Below, in pieces: positions 1 through 11,003 of a stretch of DNA of 64,000 nucleotides (positions within the stretch are counted from its first letter, which is position 1; each line of letters starts with the position of its first letter). A program made the translations under genes and the position numbers. Below the pieces are notes generated by a model. The model was not told where the DNA came from. It ran no database searches and saw only the letters and a program-made list of their open reading frames with translations. Origin of the DNA: Escherichia coli (GTDB lineage Bacteria > Pseudomonadota > Gammaproteobacteria > Enterobacterales > Enterobacteriaceae); NCBI RefSeq assembly GCF_003334385.1, contig NZ_QOWN01000013.1, one strand, 5' to 3'.

Positions 1-3000
1 GTACATCATGGTCATCCCTGCCGGAACACGCTGGCTGACAACCGCACGGGCAGTCAGAGCACCGTTGCTGTTGAAGACTTCAATCCAGTCGTTATCGGCG
101 ATACCCAGATCTTTGGCATCGGCTTCACTCAACCAGACCACCGGACCACCGCGACCTAAAGTCAGCATCAGCAGGTTGTCGCTGTAGGTGGAGTGGATAC
201 CCCACTTCTGGTGCGGCGTCAGGAAGTTGAGCGCTTTTTCCTGGTTGCCGTTGGATTTCTGGCCTATCACTTCTTTCACCGAACGGGTGTCGATCGGCGG
301 ACGATAAACCAGCAGGCTTTCACCGAAATCACGCATCCACTGGTGATCCTGATACAGTTGCTGACGACCAGAGAGCGTACGCCATGGGATCAGCTCGTGA
401 ACGTTGGTGTAACCGGCGTTGTAAGAAACGTGTTCATCTTCCAGACCAGACCAGGTCGGGCTGGAGATAATTTTGCGCGGCTGTGCCTGAATATCGCGGA
501 AGCGGATCTTCTCGTCTTCTTTATTCAGCGCCAGATGCGTATGGTCACGACCGGTAAATTCGCTCAGGGCAGCCCAGGCTTTCACGGCTACCTGACCGTT
601 GGTTTCCGGTGCCAGTGTCAGGATCATCTCTGCCGCATCAATTGCGGTGTTCAGCATCGGCTGGCCTTTCGCCGGACCTTCCGCTTTGGTGTAGTTGAGC
701 TTACGCAGCAGATCCATCTCGCTCTGGGTGTTCCAGGCAATCCCTTTACCGCCATTACCGATTTTCTCCATCAGCGGGCCGATAGAGGTAAAGCGTTCGT
801 AAGTCGCCGGATAATCGCGCTCTACGACCATAATGTGTGGCGCGGTTTTACCTGGGATCAGGTCGCACTCGCCTTTTTTCCAGTCTTTCACATCCAGCGG
901 CTGCGCCAGTTCAGCGGCAGAGTCATGCTGGATAGGCAGCGTGACGATGTCGGTTTCTTTACCCAGATGGCCGACGCACACTTCGGAGAATTTCTTCGCG
1001 ATGGCTTTGTAGATTTCCCAGTCGCTTTTCGCTTCCCAGGCCGGATCGACCGCCGCAGACAGCGGGTGAATAAACGGATGCATATCCGAAGTATTCATGT
1101 CGTCTTTTTCGTACCAGGTCGCCGTCGGCAAAATGATGTCGGAATAGAGACAGGTGCTCGACAGACGGAAGTCCAGCGTAACCACCAGATCCAGCTTGCC
1201 TTCCAGACCATTGTCCTGCCAGTCCACTTCTTCCGGCTTCACGCCGCCCTGTTGCCCCAGATCTTTACCCTGGATACCGTGCTCCGTCCCCAGCAGGTAC
1301 TTGAGCATAAACTCATGACCTTTACCGGAAGAACCGAGCAGGTTAGAACGCCAGATGAACAGGTTGCGCGGGTGGTTTTTACCGTTTTCTGGTTGTTCTG
1401 CCGCAAAACGGATGGAACCCTCTTTCAGGGATTTCACCGTATAGTCCACCGGATTCATCCCGGCTTTTTCCGCTTCGCCAGCGATAGTCAGCGGGTTAGT
1501 GCCTAACTGCGGTGCAGACGGCAGCCAGCCCATGCGTTCCGCACGGACGTTAAAGTCGATCAAGTGTCCGGTATAGCGGGATTTGTCCGCCATCGGTGAC
1601 AGCAACTCTTCCGCCGTGACGGTTTCATAACGCCACTGGCTGGAGTGGTTATAGAAATAAGAAGTGCTGTTCATGTGACGCGCCGGACGCTGCCAGTCAA
1701 GGGCAAACGCCAGCGGCTGCCAGCCGGTTTGCGGACGCAGTTTTTCCTGACCTACATAGTGCGCCCAGCCGCCCCCGCTCTGACCGACACAGCCGCAGAA
1801 AATCAGCATGTTGATCAGACCACGATAGTTCATATCGAGGTGATACCAGTGGTTCAGCCCCGCACCGACGATAATCATCGAACGACCGTGCGTTTTATCA
1901 GCGTTATCGGCAAATTCACGGGCGATGCGAATAATCTGGCTGCGAGAAACGCCGGTAATCTGCTCGGCCCAGGCCGGGGTATAAGCTTTCACATCGTCAT
2001 AGCTGGTTGCACAGTTAACGTCGTTCAGGCCACGTTCCAGACCGTAGTTTGCCAGCGTCAGATCATAAACGGTGGTCACCAGGGCGGTGCTGCCATCAGC
2101 CAGTTGCAGGCGTTTCACCGGCAGTTTGTGCAGCAGCACGTTTTCCAGTTCCACTTTGTTGAAGTGTTCCGTGCCGTCGCCACCAAAGTACGGGAAGCCT
2201 ACCTCAGCGATCTCATCCTGGCTACCCAGCAGGCTCAGTTGCAGCTCGGTTTCTTCGCCAGTTTTGCCGTCGCGCTGCTCAAGATTCCATTTGCCCTTCT
2301 CGCCCCAGCGGAAGCCAATAGAACCGTTCGGCGCAACCATTTCGCCATTGGTATTAAAGGCGACAGTTTTCCATTCCGGATTGTTTTCCTGGCCCAGCGC
2401 ATCAACCAGATCAGCAGCGCGCAGCATACGACCTGCAGCGTAGTAACCGTCGCGTTCTTCCAGCATCACCAGCATCGGCATGTCGGTGTAGCGACGCACA
2501 TAGTCGGTGAAATACTGGCTTGGGTTGTCGAGGTGGAATTCACGCAGCATTACGTGGCCCATCGCCAGCGCCATTGCCGCATCGGTGCCCTGTTTCGGTG
2601 CCAGCCACAGATCGCACAGTTTGGCGATTTCAGCGTAGTCTGGTGTGACGGCAACAGTTTTGGTCCCTTTGTAACGCACTTCAGTAAAGAAGTGAGCATC
2701 CGGGGTACGCGTCTGCGGCACGTTTGCCCCCCAGGCGATGATGTAGCTGGAGTTGTACCAGTCAGCAGATTCCGGTACGTCAGTTTGCTCGCCCCAGGTT
2801 TGCGGAGACGCAGGAGGCAAGTCGCAGTACCAGTCGTAGAAGCTTAAGCAAGTACCGCCAATCAGCGAGAGATAGCGTGCACCCGATGCGTAAGAAACCA
2901 TCGACATTGCCGGAATTGGCGAGAAACCAGCAACACGGTCCGGGCCGTAGTTTTTGATGGTGTAAACGTTAGATGCGGCGATCAGTTCGTTCACCTCCTG

Positions 3001-3489
3001 CCAGGAAGAACGAACAAATCCACCGCGTCCACGCGCCTGCTTAAAGCTTTTCGCTTTATCGGCGTCTTCAATGATAGAAGCCCATGCCTCAACCGGATCG
3101 CTATGCAGCGCCTTCGCTTCACGCCACATTTTCATCAGGCGTTTGCGCATCATCGGGTATTTCAGGCGGTTGGCACTGTAAAGATACCAGGAGTAGCTGG
3201 CACCGCGCGGGCAGCCGCGAGGTTCATGGTTTGGCAGATCCGGACGGGTACGCGGATAGTCAGTCTGCTGGGTTTCCCAGGTGACCAGACCGTTTTTGAC
3301 GTAGATTTTCCAGCTGCAGGAGCCGGTGCAGTTTACCCCGTGGGTAGAGCGGACGATTTTGTCATGCTGCCAACGCTGGCGATATCCATCCTCCCAGTCA
3401 CGGTTGGTATTGAGAAGCTGGCCATGCCCATCGGCAAAGGTTTCACCCTTCTGTTTGAAGTAGCGAAACCGGTCCAGGAATTTACTCAT
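1..3489 (-). CDS. narG: Respiratory nitrate reductase 1 alpha subunit NarG, 5' portion (about residues 1-1163; C-terminus lies beyond window start)
   Basis: Reverse complement of 3481-3489 reads ATG AGT AAA (MSK) with GGAG RBS upstream; reverse complement of window start reads VPAGMTMMY, matching the NarG C-terminal region. Plus-strand ORFs 193-1506 and 1645-2847 are antisense artefacts. Confidence 0.93.
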   Translation of the reverse strand, partial: MSKFLDRFRYFKQKGETFADGHGQLLNTNRDWEDGYRQRWQHDKIVRSTHGVNCTGSCSWKIYVKNGLVTWETQQTDYPRTRPDLPNHEPRGCPRGASYSWYLYSANRLKYPMMRKRLMKMWREAKALHSDPVEAWASIIEDADKAKSFKQARGRGGFVRSSWQEVNELIAASNVYTIKNYGPDRVAGFSPIPAMSMVSYASGARYLSLIGGTCLSFYDWYCDLPPASPQTWGEQTDVPESADWYNSSYIIAWGANVPQTRTPDAHFFTEVRYKGTKTVAVTPDYAEIAKLCDLWLAPKQGTDAAMALAMGHVMLREFHLDNPSQYFTDYVRRYTDMPMLVMLEERDGYYAAGRMLRAADLVDALGQENNPEWKTVAFNTNGEMVAPNGSIGFRWGEKGKWNLEQRDGKTGEETELQLSLLGSQDEIAEVGFPYFGGDGTEHFNKVELENVLLHKLPVKRLQLADGSTALVTTVYDLTLANYGLERGLNDVNCATSYDDVKAYTPAWAEQITGVSRSQIIRIAREFADNADKTHGRSMIIVGAGLNHWYHLDMNYRGLINMLIFCGCVGQSGGGWAHYVGQEKLRPQTGWQPLAFALDWQRPARHMNSTSYFYNHSSQWRYETVTAEELLSPMADKSRYTGHLIDFNVRAERMGWLPSAPQLGTNPLTIAGEAEKAGMNPVDYTVKSLKEGSIRFAAEQPENGKNHPRNLFIWRSNLLGSSGKGHEFMLKYLLGTEHGIQGKDLGQQGGVKPEEVDWQDNGLEGKLDLVVTLDFRLSSTCLYSDIILPTATWYEKDDMNTSDMHPFIHPLSAAVDPAWEAKSDWEIYKAIAKKFSEVCVGHLGKETDIVTLPIQHDSAAELAQPLDVKDWKKGECDLIPGKTAPHIMVVERDYPATYERFTSIGPLMEKIGNGGKGIAWNTQSEMDLLRKLNYTKAEGPAKGQPMLNTAIDAAEMILTLAPETNGQVAVKAWAALSEFTGRDHTHLALNKEDEKIRFRDIQAQPRKIISSPTWSGLEDEHVSYNAGYTNVHELIPWRTLSGRQQLYQDHQWMRDFGESLLVYRPPIDTRSVKEVIGQKSNGNQEKALNFLTPHQKWGIHSTYSDNLLMLTLGRGGPVVWLSEADAKDLGIADNDWIEVFNSNGALTARAVVSQRVPAGMTMMY

Positions 3490-3580
3490 CGGTTTTCTCC
3501 TGTGGGAGCCTGTCGGCCCTCTGATAAATCGACATTGCTAATGTTTAAGGGCAAGGTAACGCTCTGAAACAGCGTGGGAA

Positions 3581-3594
3581 TTGATAACGATCAA
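3581..3594. promoter_or_regulatory. FNR box TTGAT-N4-ATCAA in narG promoter
   Basis: Perfect palindrome ttgataacgatcaa about 98 bp upstream of narG ATG; narG is known to be FNR-activated from a site near -41.5. Confidence 0.7.
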
Positions 3595-3629
3595 GAGTGA
3601 TGGGGATGAAAAATAAAGTAAATTCCTAA

Positions 3630-3760
3630 GATACCCCTTTAGGATAATTAACAGCCACCACATAACAGACTGTAAATTAAGACGTTTTATACCTGTAGTT
3701 ATTTAAACTATTAAGATTTTTATGCAGATGGGTATTAAGGAGTATTCCCCATGGGTAACA
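3630..3760. promoter_or_regulatory. Candidate NarL heptamer cluster upstream of narG
   Basis: TACCCCT at 3633-3639 on plus strand, with TACTCCT and TACCCAT on minus strand near 3739-3756; all fit NarL heptamer consensus TACYYMT. Positions approximate. Confidence 0.45.
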
Positions 3761-4004
3761 TATTAATGGCTCTTAATGAAATCCGGCGAAATAAACCATA
3801 TAACATTAGTATGTTGTAACTAAATGACGCATAAAAAAAGCGCGACATCATGCCGCGCAAAGGATAATCAAATATTTTACTCTATATAATTCGGTTTACA
3901 GGAAGGCGGCAAGTGAATGAATCCCAGGAGCTTACTAAAGTAAGTGACTGGGGTGAATGAACGCAGCCGCAGCACATGTAACCCGAAGTATGACGAGTAA
4001 CGGT

Positions 4005-5396
4005 TTATTTTTTAGAATGCCGACCATATACCGCCCAGGTAATCACTACGCAGGCGATATAGAAAATCAAAAATACCTTCATTGCGCCGACTGGCGAACC
4101 CGTTAATGCCAGCGAGCTACCAAACGCTTTCGGGATAAAGAAGCCACCAATCGCGCCAATCGCAGAGATGAAACCCAGCGCCGCCGCCGTGTCGGTTGCC
4201 GCTTCACGCATCGCACGTTCGTCAGAACCCCCTTCTGCTTTCACGCGATCCATTGTCAGTTTACGGAAGATCACTGAAATCATCTGGAAAGTGGAACCAC
4301 TACCCAGCCCAGCTGTCAGGAACAGCGCCAGGAAGACCGCGAAGAACGCCATGAAGCTTCCGCCCTGCCCGTCAGTCGGTAAGGTCAGGAACAGCAGGCC
4401 GCTGAAAATCGCCATCAGAATAAAGTTCACCAGCGTGACACGAGTTCCGCCCAGACGGTCAGATAATGCACCACCTGCAGAACGCGCCAGCGCACCAATA
4501 AACGGCCCGAAGAAAGCGTATTGCAGAATCTGAACATCCGGGAACTGCGTTTTTGACAGCATTGCAAAGCCCGCGGAGAAGCCGATGAAGGAGCCGAAGG
4601 TTGCCAGATACAGCAGGCTCATAATCCACAGATGACCCCGTTTGAGTACCGGCAACTGCTCCTTGATGGAGGCTTTCGAGGTAGCAAGATCGTTCATGCC
4701 AAACCACGCCGCAATGGTGAAGATGGCAAGGAACGGCACCCATATCCAGGACGCATTCGCCAGATACAGCTCAGTCCCATCCGGCTGTTTGACGCCCTGG
4801 CTACCAAATACTGCGAAAATCGACAGTGATACCACCAGCGGAGCAACCAACTGCATGACGCTGACGCCCATGTTTCCCAGACCACCATTCAGACCCAGCG
4901 CGCCACCCTGCTTCTGTTTCGGAAAGAAGAAGCTGATGTTTGCCATACTGGATGCGAAGTTCGCGCCAGCAAAGCCGCATAGCAGAGAGATGATGATGAA
5001 GACGCTATAAGGCGTGGAGGTATCCTGCACGGCAAAACCCAGCCAGACGCAAGGAATAATCAGAATACCGGTGCTGAACGCCGTCCAGCGACGACCACCG
5101 AAGATAGGAACCATAAAGGAGTATGGAACACGTAATAACGCGCCAGAAACCGAAGGCAGCGCAGTCAACATAAATAGCTGATCGGTCGTAAAATTAAAGC
5201 CGACTTTCGGTAGGTTCACCGCAACAGCGCTGAACAACATCCATACGCAAAACGCCAGCAGCAGACAGGGAACGGAAATCCACAGGTTGCGGCTGGCAAT
5301 ACGTTGACCGCGTTGTTGCCAGAACGCAGGATCTTCCGGTCGCCAATCTGTAATGACAGCTCCAGTAGCCCTTTCGGGGGCGGATGAGTGACTCAT
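4005..5396 (-). CDS. narK: Nitrate/nitrite antiporter NarK (MFS), 463 aa
   Basis: ORF-track protein matches NarK; start set at ATG 5396 (MSHSSAPE), two codons inside the GTG-started track ORF. Confidence 0.93.
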   Translation of the reverse strand: MSHSSAPERATGAVITDWRPEDPAFWQQRGQRIASRNLWISVPCLLLAFCVWMLFSAVAVNLPKVGFNFTTDQLFMLTALPSVSGALLRVPYSFMVPIFGGRRWTAFSTGILIIPCVWLGFAVQDTSTPYSVFIIISLLCGFAGANFASSMANISFFFPKQKQGGALGLNGGLGNMGVSVMQLVAPLVVSLSIFAVFGSQGVKQPDGTELYLANASWIWVPFLAIFTIAAWFGMNDLATSKASIKEQLPVLKRGHLWIMSLLYLATFGSFIGFSAGFAMLSKTQFPDVQILQYAFFGPFIGALARSAGGALSDRLGGTRVTLVNFILMAIFSGLLFLTLPTDGQGGSFMAFFAVFLALFLTAGLGSGSTFQMISVIFRKLTMDRVKAEGGSDERAMREAATDTAAALGFISAIGAIGGFFIPKAFGSSLALTGSPVGAMKVFLIFYIACVVITWAVYGRHSKK

Positions 5397-5503
5397 AGAC
5401 ACCTCTGATACTCGTTTCGATGTCTGCCACCTTAGTGTCTGTAGCTAAAGGCAATTTGATGTAAATCAAACGATAAGATAACTTTATCTATCATTGATAT
5501 TTA

Positions 5504-5517
5504 TCATTACCCATAGT
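5504..5517. promoter_or_regulatory. FNR-like site TTGAT-N4-ATCAT upstream of narK
   Basis: ttgatatttatcat, one mismatch to FNR consensus, about 114 bp upstream of narK start in the narK/narX divergent region. Confidence 0.5.
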
Positions 5518-5734
5518 GAGTACAGTGACTTCATAAAAATTATGAGATTTTTCACGGTGCTGTAAAATCCCTACCCTTACCGATGTAAAGCGACTAACCA
5601 CACGGCAAATAAGGAGTAACTCTTTCCGGGTATGGGTATACTTCAGCCAATAGCCGAGAATACTGCCATTCCAGAATGTATCGTCACATTCATTAAGGTT
5701 ATTGCTCATTTAAAGCCTGAAGGAAGAGGTTTAC

Positions 5735-7531
5735 ATGCTTAAACGTTGTCTCTCTCCGCTCACCCTGGTTAATCAGGTTGCGCTTATTGTGTTGCTTTCT
5801 ACTGCTATTGGACTGGCAGGGATGGCGGTTTCTGGCTGGCTGGTGCAAGGCGTTCAGGGCAGCGCCCATGCGATCAACAAAGCGGGATCGCTGCGCATGC
5901 AAAGTTACCGTCTGTTGGCGGCAGTGCCATTAAGCGAGAAAGACAAGCCCTTAATTAAAGAGATGGAACAAACGGCATTTAGCGCCGAGTTGACTCGAGC
6001 AGCAGAACGAGACGGACAACTGGCGCAATTACAGGGTTTACAAGATTACTGGCGTAATGAACTGATCCCTGCGCTGATGCGTGCACAAAACCGAGAAACG
6101 GTGTCAGCGGATGTCAGCCAGTTTGTTGCCGGGCTTGATCAACTGGTATCTGGTTTTGACCGCACCACGGAAATGCGCATCGAGACAGTGGTACTGGTCC
6201 ATCGGGTAATGGCGGTATTTATGGCACTTTTACTGGTGTTCACTATTATCTGGTTGCGGGCGCGACTGCTACAACCGTGGCGGCAACTGCTGGCAATGGC
6301 GAGTGCCGTCAGTCATCGCGATTTTACCCAACGCGCAAACATCAGCGGGCGCAACGAAATGGCGATGCTTGGAACTGCGTTGAACAATATGTCTGCAGAA
6401 CTGGCCGAAAGTTATGCCGTACTTGAGCAGCGGGTTCAGGAGAAAACCGCCGGGCTGGAGCATAAAAATCAGATCCTCTCTTTTTTATGGCAGGCTAACC
6501 GCCGTTTGCATTCCCGCGCCCCGCTGTGTGAACGCCTGTCACCTGTACTCAACGGCTTACAGAATTTAACCCTGCTACGTGATATCGAATTGCGGGTGTA
6601 TGACACTGATGATGAAGAGAATCATCAGGAGTTTACCTGCCAGCCAGATATGACTTGTGATGATAAAGGCTGCCAGCTCTGCCCGCGCGGCGTATTACCC
6701 GTTGGTGATCGCGGCACGACCCTGAAGTGGCGGCTGGCTGACTCTCATACGCAGTACGGTATTTTGCTGGCGACCCTGCCGCAGGGGCGTCATCTTAGCC
6801 ATGATCAACAACAACTGGTGGATACCCTGGTTGAACAACTCACCGCCACGCTGGCGCTGGATCGCCATCAGGAACGTCAGCAACAGTTGATCGTGATGGA
6901 AGAGCGTGCCACCATTGCGCGCGAACTGCATGATTCTATTGCCCAATCTCTCTCTTGCATGAAGATGCAGGTGAGTTGTTTACAGATGCAGGGCGATGCG
7001 CTGCCAGAAAGCAGCCGCGAACTGTTAAGTCAGATCCGTAACGAACTGAATGCATCCTGGGCGCAGTTGCGTGAATTGCTCACCACATTCCGCTTGCAGC
7101 TCACCGAGCCTGGATTACGTCCGGCGCTGGAGGCGAGTTGCGAAGAGTACAGCGCCAAATTTGGCTTCCCGGTGAAGCTGGATTATCAATTGCCGCCTCG
7201 CCTGGTGCCTTCGCATCAGGCAATCCACTTGTTGCAAATTGCCCGTGAGGCATTAAGTAACGCCCTCAAACATTCGCAAGCGAGTGAAGTCGTGGTGACG
7301 GTGGCGCAAAACGATAATCAGGTCAAACTGACCGTCCAGGATAACGGCTGCGGCGTGCCTGAAAATGCCATCCGCAGCAATCACTACGGCATGATAATAA
7401 TGCGCGATCGTGCGCAAAGTTTACGAGGCGATTGCCGCGTCCGCCGTCGTGAATCAGGTGGCACCGAAGTGGTGGTCACCTTTATTCCCGAAAAAACTTT
7501 CACAGACGTCCAAGGAGATACCCATGAGTAA
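5735..7531 (+). CDS. narX: Nitrate/nitrite sensor histidine kinase NarX, 598 aa
   Basis: ATG at 5735 preceded by aggaagagg RBS; translation contains the H-box ELHDSIAQ and a HATPase C-terminal domain. Confidence 0.95.
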
Positions 7532-8174
7532 TCAGGAACCGGCTACTATCCTGCTGATTGACGATCACCCGATGCTGCGAACTGGCGTAAAACAGCTTAT
7601 CAGTATGGCACCAGATATCACCGTGGTTGGCGAAGCGAGTAATGGCGAACAGGGTATTGAACTGGCGGAGTCTCTTGATCCCGATCTGATCCTGTTAGAT
7701 CTCAATATGCCCGGCATGAACGGTCTGGAAACGCTGGATAAACTGCGCGAAAAGTCCCTCTCAGGGCGCATTGTGGTATTCAGCGTCTCTAACCATGAAG
7801 AAGATGTGGTCACCGCACTGAAACGCGGCGCGGATGGCTATCTGTTAAAAGATATGGAACCGGAAGATCTGCTGAAAGCATTGCATCAGGCAGCTGCTGG
7901 CGAAATGGTATTAAGCGAAGCATTAACGCCTGTTCTGGCCGCCAGCTTGCGCGCTAACCGTGCCACTACTGAGCGCGATGTTAACCAGTTAACCCCACGC
8001 GAGCGCGATATTCTCAAGCTGATTGCCCAGGGTTTGCCGAACAAGATGATTGCCCGCCGCCTGGATATCACCGAAAGCACAGTAAAAGTGCACGTCAAGC
8101 ACATGCTGAAGAAAATGAAGCTCAAGTCTCGCGTGGAAGCAGCGGTATGGGTGCATCAGGAGCGCATTTTCTGA
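7524..8174 (+). CDS. narL: Nitrate/nitrite response regulator NarL, 216 aa
   Basis: ATG at 7524 ([19 protein letters not shown]), overlapping the narX stop by 8 nt; receiver plus LuxR-type HTH. Confidence 0.95.
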
Positions 8175-9569
8175 TTACGGTTCCCAGCGCAGTTCGTCGT
8201 TTGACAATGCATCGAACGGTTCGACAAGCGTTAGCGTGATCTCATTGGAGGAGACACGCTGCCCCTGGTTATCTTCCACCACCACAGACAATCGCCAGTG
8301 ATTGCTTGCCCCTTCCCCGTTCTGCCAGTCAGGCATGATCAGCGTCCAGCCCTCCGCGCTGTTGGCTTGTGCGCCCGGCGTCAAACTTAATATCTGCGTA
8401 TCGCCCTGCCAAATCAGTTGCCGAATACCGTAACGACTGCGGATTTGTAATTTCAGCGGCACTGTTTCGCCAGGTTTTAGATCCCACGGCGGTGTCGCCA
8501 GAAACACCGTTAACGTTTTTCGCTGTCGGTACTCAAGAGTCGGTAGATTATTTCGCTGCGGATTGTCATAGCGACTACCACGTAACGACTGACTTTCGGC
8601 AACCTCGCCCGCAGAAAGTTGTTTTTTGAGCGGTACACCAAAGCGGTAATTAAGATTCAGCCCGAGGTTATTTTGATTTTCGCCACTTTCACCCTGTTTA
8701 TGCTGGGCCGTCACAGTGACTAATGGCACAGGGGTGTAATTTAATCCCAGACTCAACGCGACGGGATTGTGATAACCCGTACCAGAGTTAAACAAATCAA
8801 CACGATCACCAAAATACTGTTCTAGGCTGACACTGGTATTGAGGTGTTGATAGAACGGCATGCGCATCCGAGCTGTCAGGTCGTACCCGCGCGCCATCCG
8901 TTGTTCCTGCGTGGCTGTCTGTTCATGCCATGCAGCAAACGGCTGATAAAAGTTTGCCGATAATCGCAAATATTCGCCCCACGCTTCGGCACCAAAGCCC
9001 GCTCGCTGAAGATTTTCGTCCAGCAAGTTGTCATAAAAAGTGTTATAACCCACCAGCCAGTTGCCGCGCGCCCAGCGTTGCCCAACGCCCACATTGCTCA
9101 CCAACCCATTATCCTGCTGAGTAAGACCAAGCTGGCTCCAGGTGAGATAACGATCATTATCTTGTAACGGCACAAACCAGCTTCCACGACTGCCGGTGAA
9201 ATGTCCTTCGTTATCCACTTTGACGTCAACACTGGCATTTCCCCACGGTGATAGCCAGGACTCTACGTGCTGATTAACCTGTTGACTAAGCGCGTCGCGG
9301 ACTTTTCCCAATGCGAAAGCTTTTGCCTGCTCGCCAGTATCCAGCCCGTTATCATTCATACTGGTTTCGCCGAAATCTTTCACAATTTCAGCAAAGTGTT
9401 TTTCCCCATCATGATTTTCGGGAGCCATGCCTAAATCCGGCAGACCATCATTGTTATTATCAAAGGGATTTGCCGCTTTTTGCTCGAAGGTAGATTGTGC
9501 GTTAGCTGTACCGCCTGCTACAAGCAAGAGTAAATAAAACGGGATAATGCGAGGAACGAAACGGCTCAA
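8175..9569 (-). CDS. ychO: Putative invasin/intimin-like outer membrane protein YchO
   Basis: 464-codon ORF with N-terminal signal peptide (LLLLVAGGTANAQS); apparent TTG start at 9569; stop codon immediately abuts the narL stop. Confidence 0.8.
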   Translation of the reverse strand: MSRFVPRIIPFYLLLLVAGGTANAQSTFEQKAANPFDNNNDGLPDLGMAPENHDGEKHFAEIVKDFGETSMNDNGLDTGEQAKAFALGKVRDALSQQVNQHVESWLSPWGNASVDVKVDNEGHFTGSRGSWFVPLQDNDRYLTWSQLGLTQQDNGLVSNVGVGQRWARGNWLVGYNTFYDNLLDENLQRAGFGAEAWGEYLRLSANFYQPFAAWHEQTATQEQRMARGYDLTARMRMPFYQHLNTSVSLEQYFGDRVDLFNSGTGYHNPVALSLGLNYTPVPLVTVTAQHKQGESGENQNNLGLNLNYRFGVPLKKQLSAGEVAESQSLRGSRYDNPQRNNLPTLEYRQRKTLTVFLATPPWDLKPGETVPLKLQIRSRYGIRQLIWQGDTQILSLTPGAQANSAEGWTLIMPDWQNGEGASNHWRLSVVVEDNQGQRVSSNEITLTLVEPFDALSNDELRWEP

Positions 9570-9591
9570 AACGTCGGTAACTTCCGGTAAT

Positions 9592-9631
<40 letters not shown>

Positions 9632-9632
9632 A

Positions 9633-9736
<104 letters not shown>

Positions 9737-9753
9737 GAATACAGGAGTAAATA

Positions 9754-10107
9754 ATGCAAAAAATCGTGATCGTTGCCAATGGCGCACCTTACGGGAGCGA
9801 ATCCTTGTTTAACAGCTTGCGGCTGGCCATTGCGTTACGAGAGCAGGAGAGCAATCTGGATCTGCGTCTGTTCCTCATGTCTGATGCGGTCACAGCCGGG
9901 TTGCGCGGGCAAAAACCAGGGGAAGGCTACAACATTCAGCAAATGCTGGAGATCCTTACCGCTCAGAATGTACCGGTGAAATTGTGCAAAACCTGTACCG
10001 ACGGGCGCGGGATTAGTACACTTCCTCTGATTGATGGGGTGGAAATCGGTACTCTTGTGGAACTGGCGCAATGGACGCTGTCAGCCGATAAAGTGCTCAC
10101 ATTTTAA
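9754..10107 (+). CDS. ychN: DsrE/DsrF-like protein YchN, 117 aa
   Basis: ATG at 9754 with AGGAG RBS; protein matches YchN. Confidence 0.9.
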   Translation: MQKIVIVANGAPYGSESLFNSLRLAIALREQESNLDLRLFLMSDAVTAGLRGQKPGEGYNIQQMLEILTAQNVPVKLCKTCTDGRGISTLPLIDGVEIGTLVELAQWTLSADKVLTF

Positions 10108-10114
10108 TGTTTGA

Positions 10115-10132
10115 GGGGGCGTCTGACGCCCC
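10115..10132. terminator. GC-rich hairpin between convergent ychN and chaC
   Basis: ggggcg-tctga-cgcccc stem-loop; no clear U-tract on either side. Confidence 0.35.
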
Positions 10133-10150
10133 ACTATGCGGGAAGTTTAC

Positions 10151-10846
10151 TCAGGCGAATCCCGGACGTAACACACCATCCGGAAAATTCTCCGCCAGCA
10201 GTTTTTTTACCGATACCAGCAAATCATTCAGCCCATCGTCCTGCATTCCTAGTTTGATAAGCTCCTGTTCCAGTGAAAACAGGTATTGTGCGTTGGTTCC
10301 CAGCGGACCGCTCGCCGCCGCAATCAACGGCGCGATGACCTGAGCGCGAGTATCAGATTCATATTCTGGATGTCGCGGGTCCATAATAAACACAATGGCG
10401 TTTACTGTGCGTCCATCATCAAGATCAAGCTGACACCAGGTTGGCAGATAACAGCCGGTAATCATCTCTCGCTTCCACAACAGGGTTAGTTCCTGCTCCA
10501 GCGTCTCTTCTGGCAGTCGATAGGCGACGCCTGTGGTGCGTCCGCCCTCTTTCAGTGCAAGCATCCGTCCCGGCTGGTGCGCAGTCCCGCGCCCGGCGGT
10601 CAGGCGCAGGCAAAATGCGCGATGCCATCCAACCAGTGTACCGGTGCACGATTCGGTAAACTCCAGTGCCGGATTCCACATCAACGATCCATAGCCGAAG
10701 ATCCACACCGGTCCCTCATCAGGTCGACAAGCCAGCGTCGCCGCCAGCGAAGCCGCCCGTTGTTCTGCTGACCATAAGAGTGATTCTTCAATGGCACCAA
10801 ATGCCGTTTTACAATCGGCATTCATCAAGAAATCACGCGTTATCAC
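10151..10846 (-). CDS. chaC: Glutathione-specific gamma-glutamylcyclotransferase ChaC, 231 aa
   Basis: Protein matches ChaC from MITRDFLMNADC; start taken at GTG 10846, 12 codons inside the track ORF. Confidence 0.85.
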   Translation of the reverse strand: MITRDFLMNADCKTAFGAIEESLLWSAEQRAASLAATLACRPDEGPVWIFGYGSLMWNPALEFTESCTGTLVGWHRAFCLRLTAGRGTAHQPGRMLALKEGGRTTGVAYRLPEETLEQELTLLWKREMITGCYLPTWCQLDLDDGRTVNAIVFIMDPRHPEYESDTRAQVIAPLIAAASGPLGTNAQYLFSLEQELIKLGMQDDGLNDLLVSVKKLLAENFPDGVLRPGFA

Positions 10847-11003
10847 CTTACACCTCCGCCACTGCATACTTCCCTGCGACAACTTTTTGGTGTCTTCCGG
10901 ACATTTTTACTGCTCATTTTGAAACCACTAACGGGACAATATGCAATCCACGGACCACTTGCAAGGCAACACCGCACGAATAGCTTTAACTAAGCGACCG
11001 GTT

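Noticed and set aside
193-2847. Long plus-strand ORFs (437 aa, 400 aa and 123 aa) at the start of the window
   Set aside because: They are antisense to narG, whose minus-strand translation matches NarG throughout; a GC-rich gene often yields long open antisense frames.
4168-5010. Plus-strand ORFs (121, 65, 122 aa) and minus-strand ORFs overlapping narK
   Set aside because: Wholly embedded in the narK coding region in other frames or on the other strand; the compositions are low-complexity.
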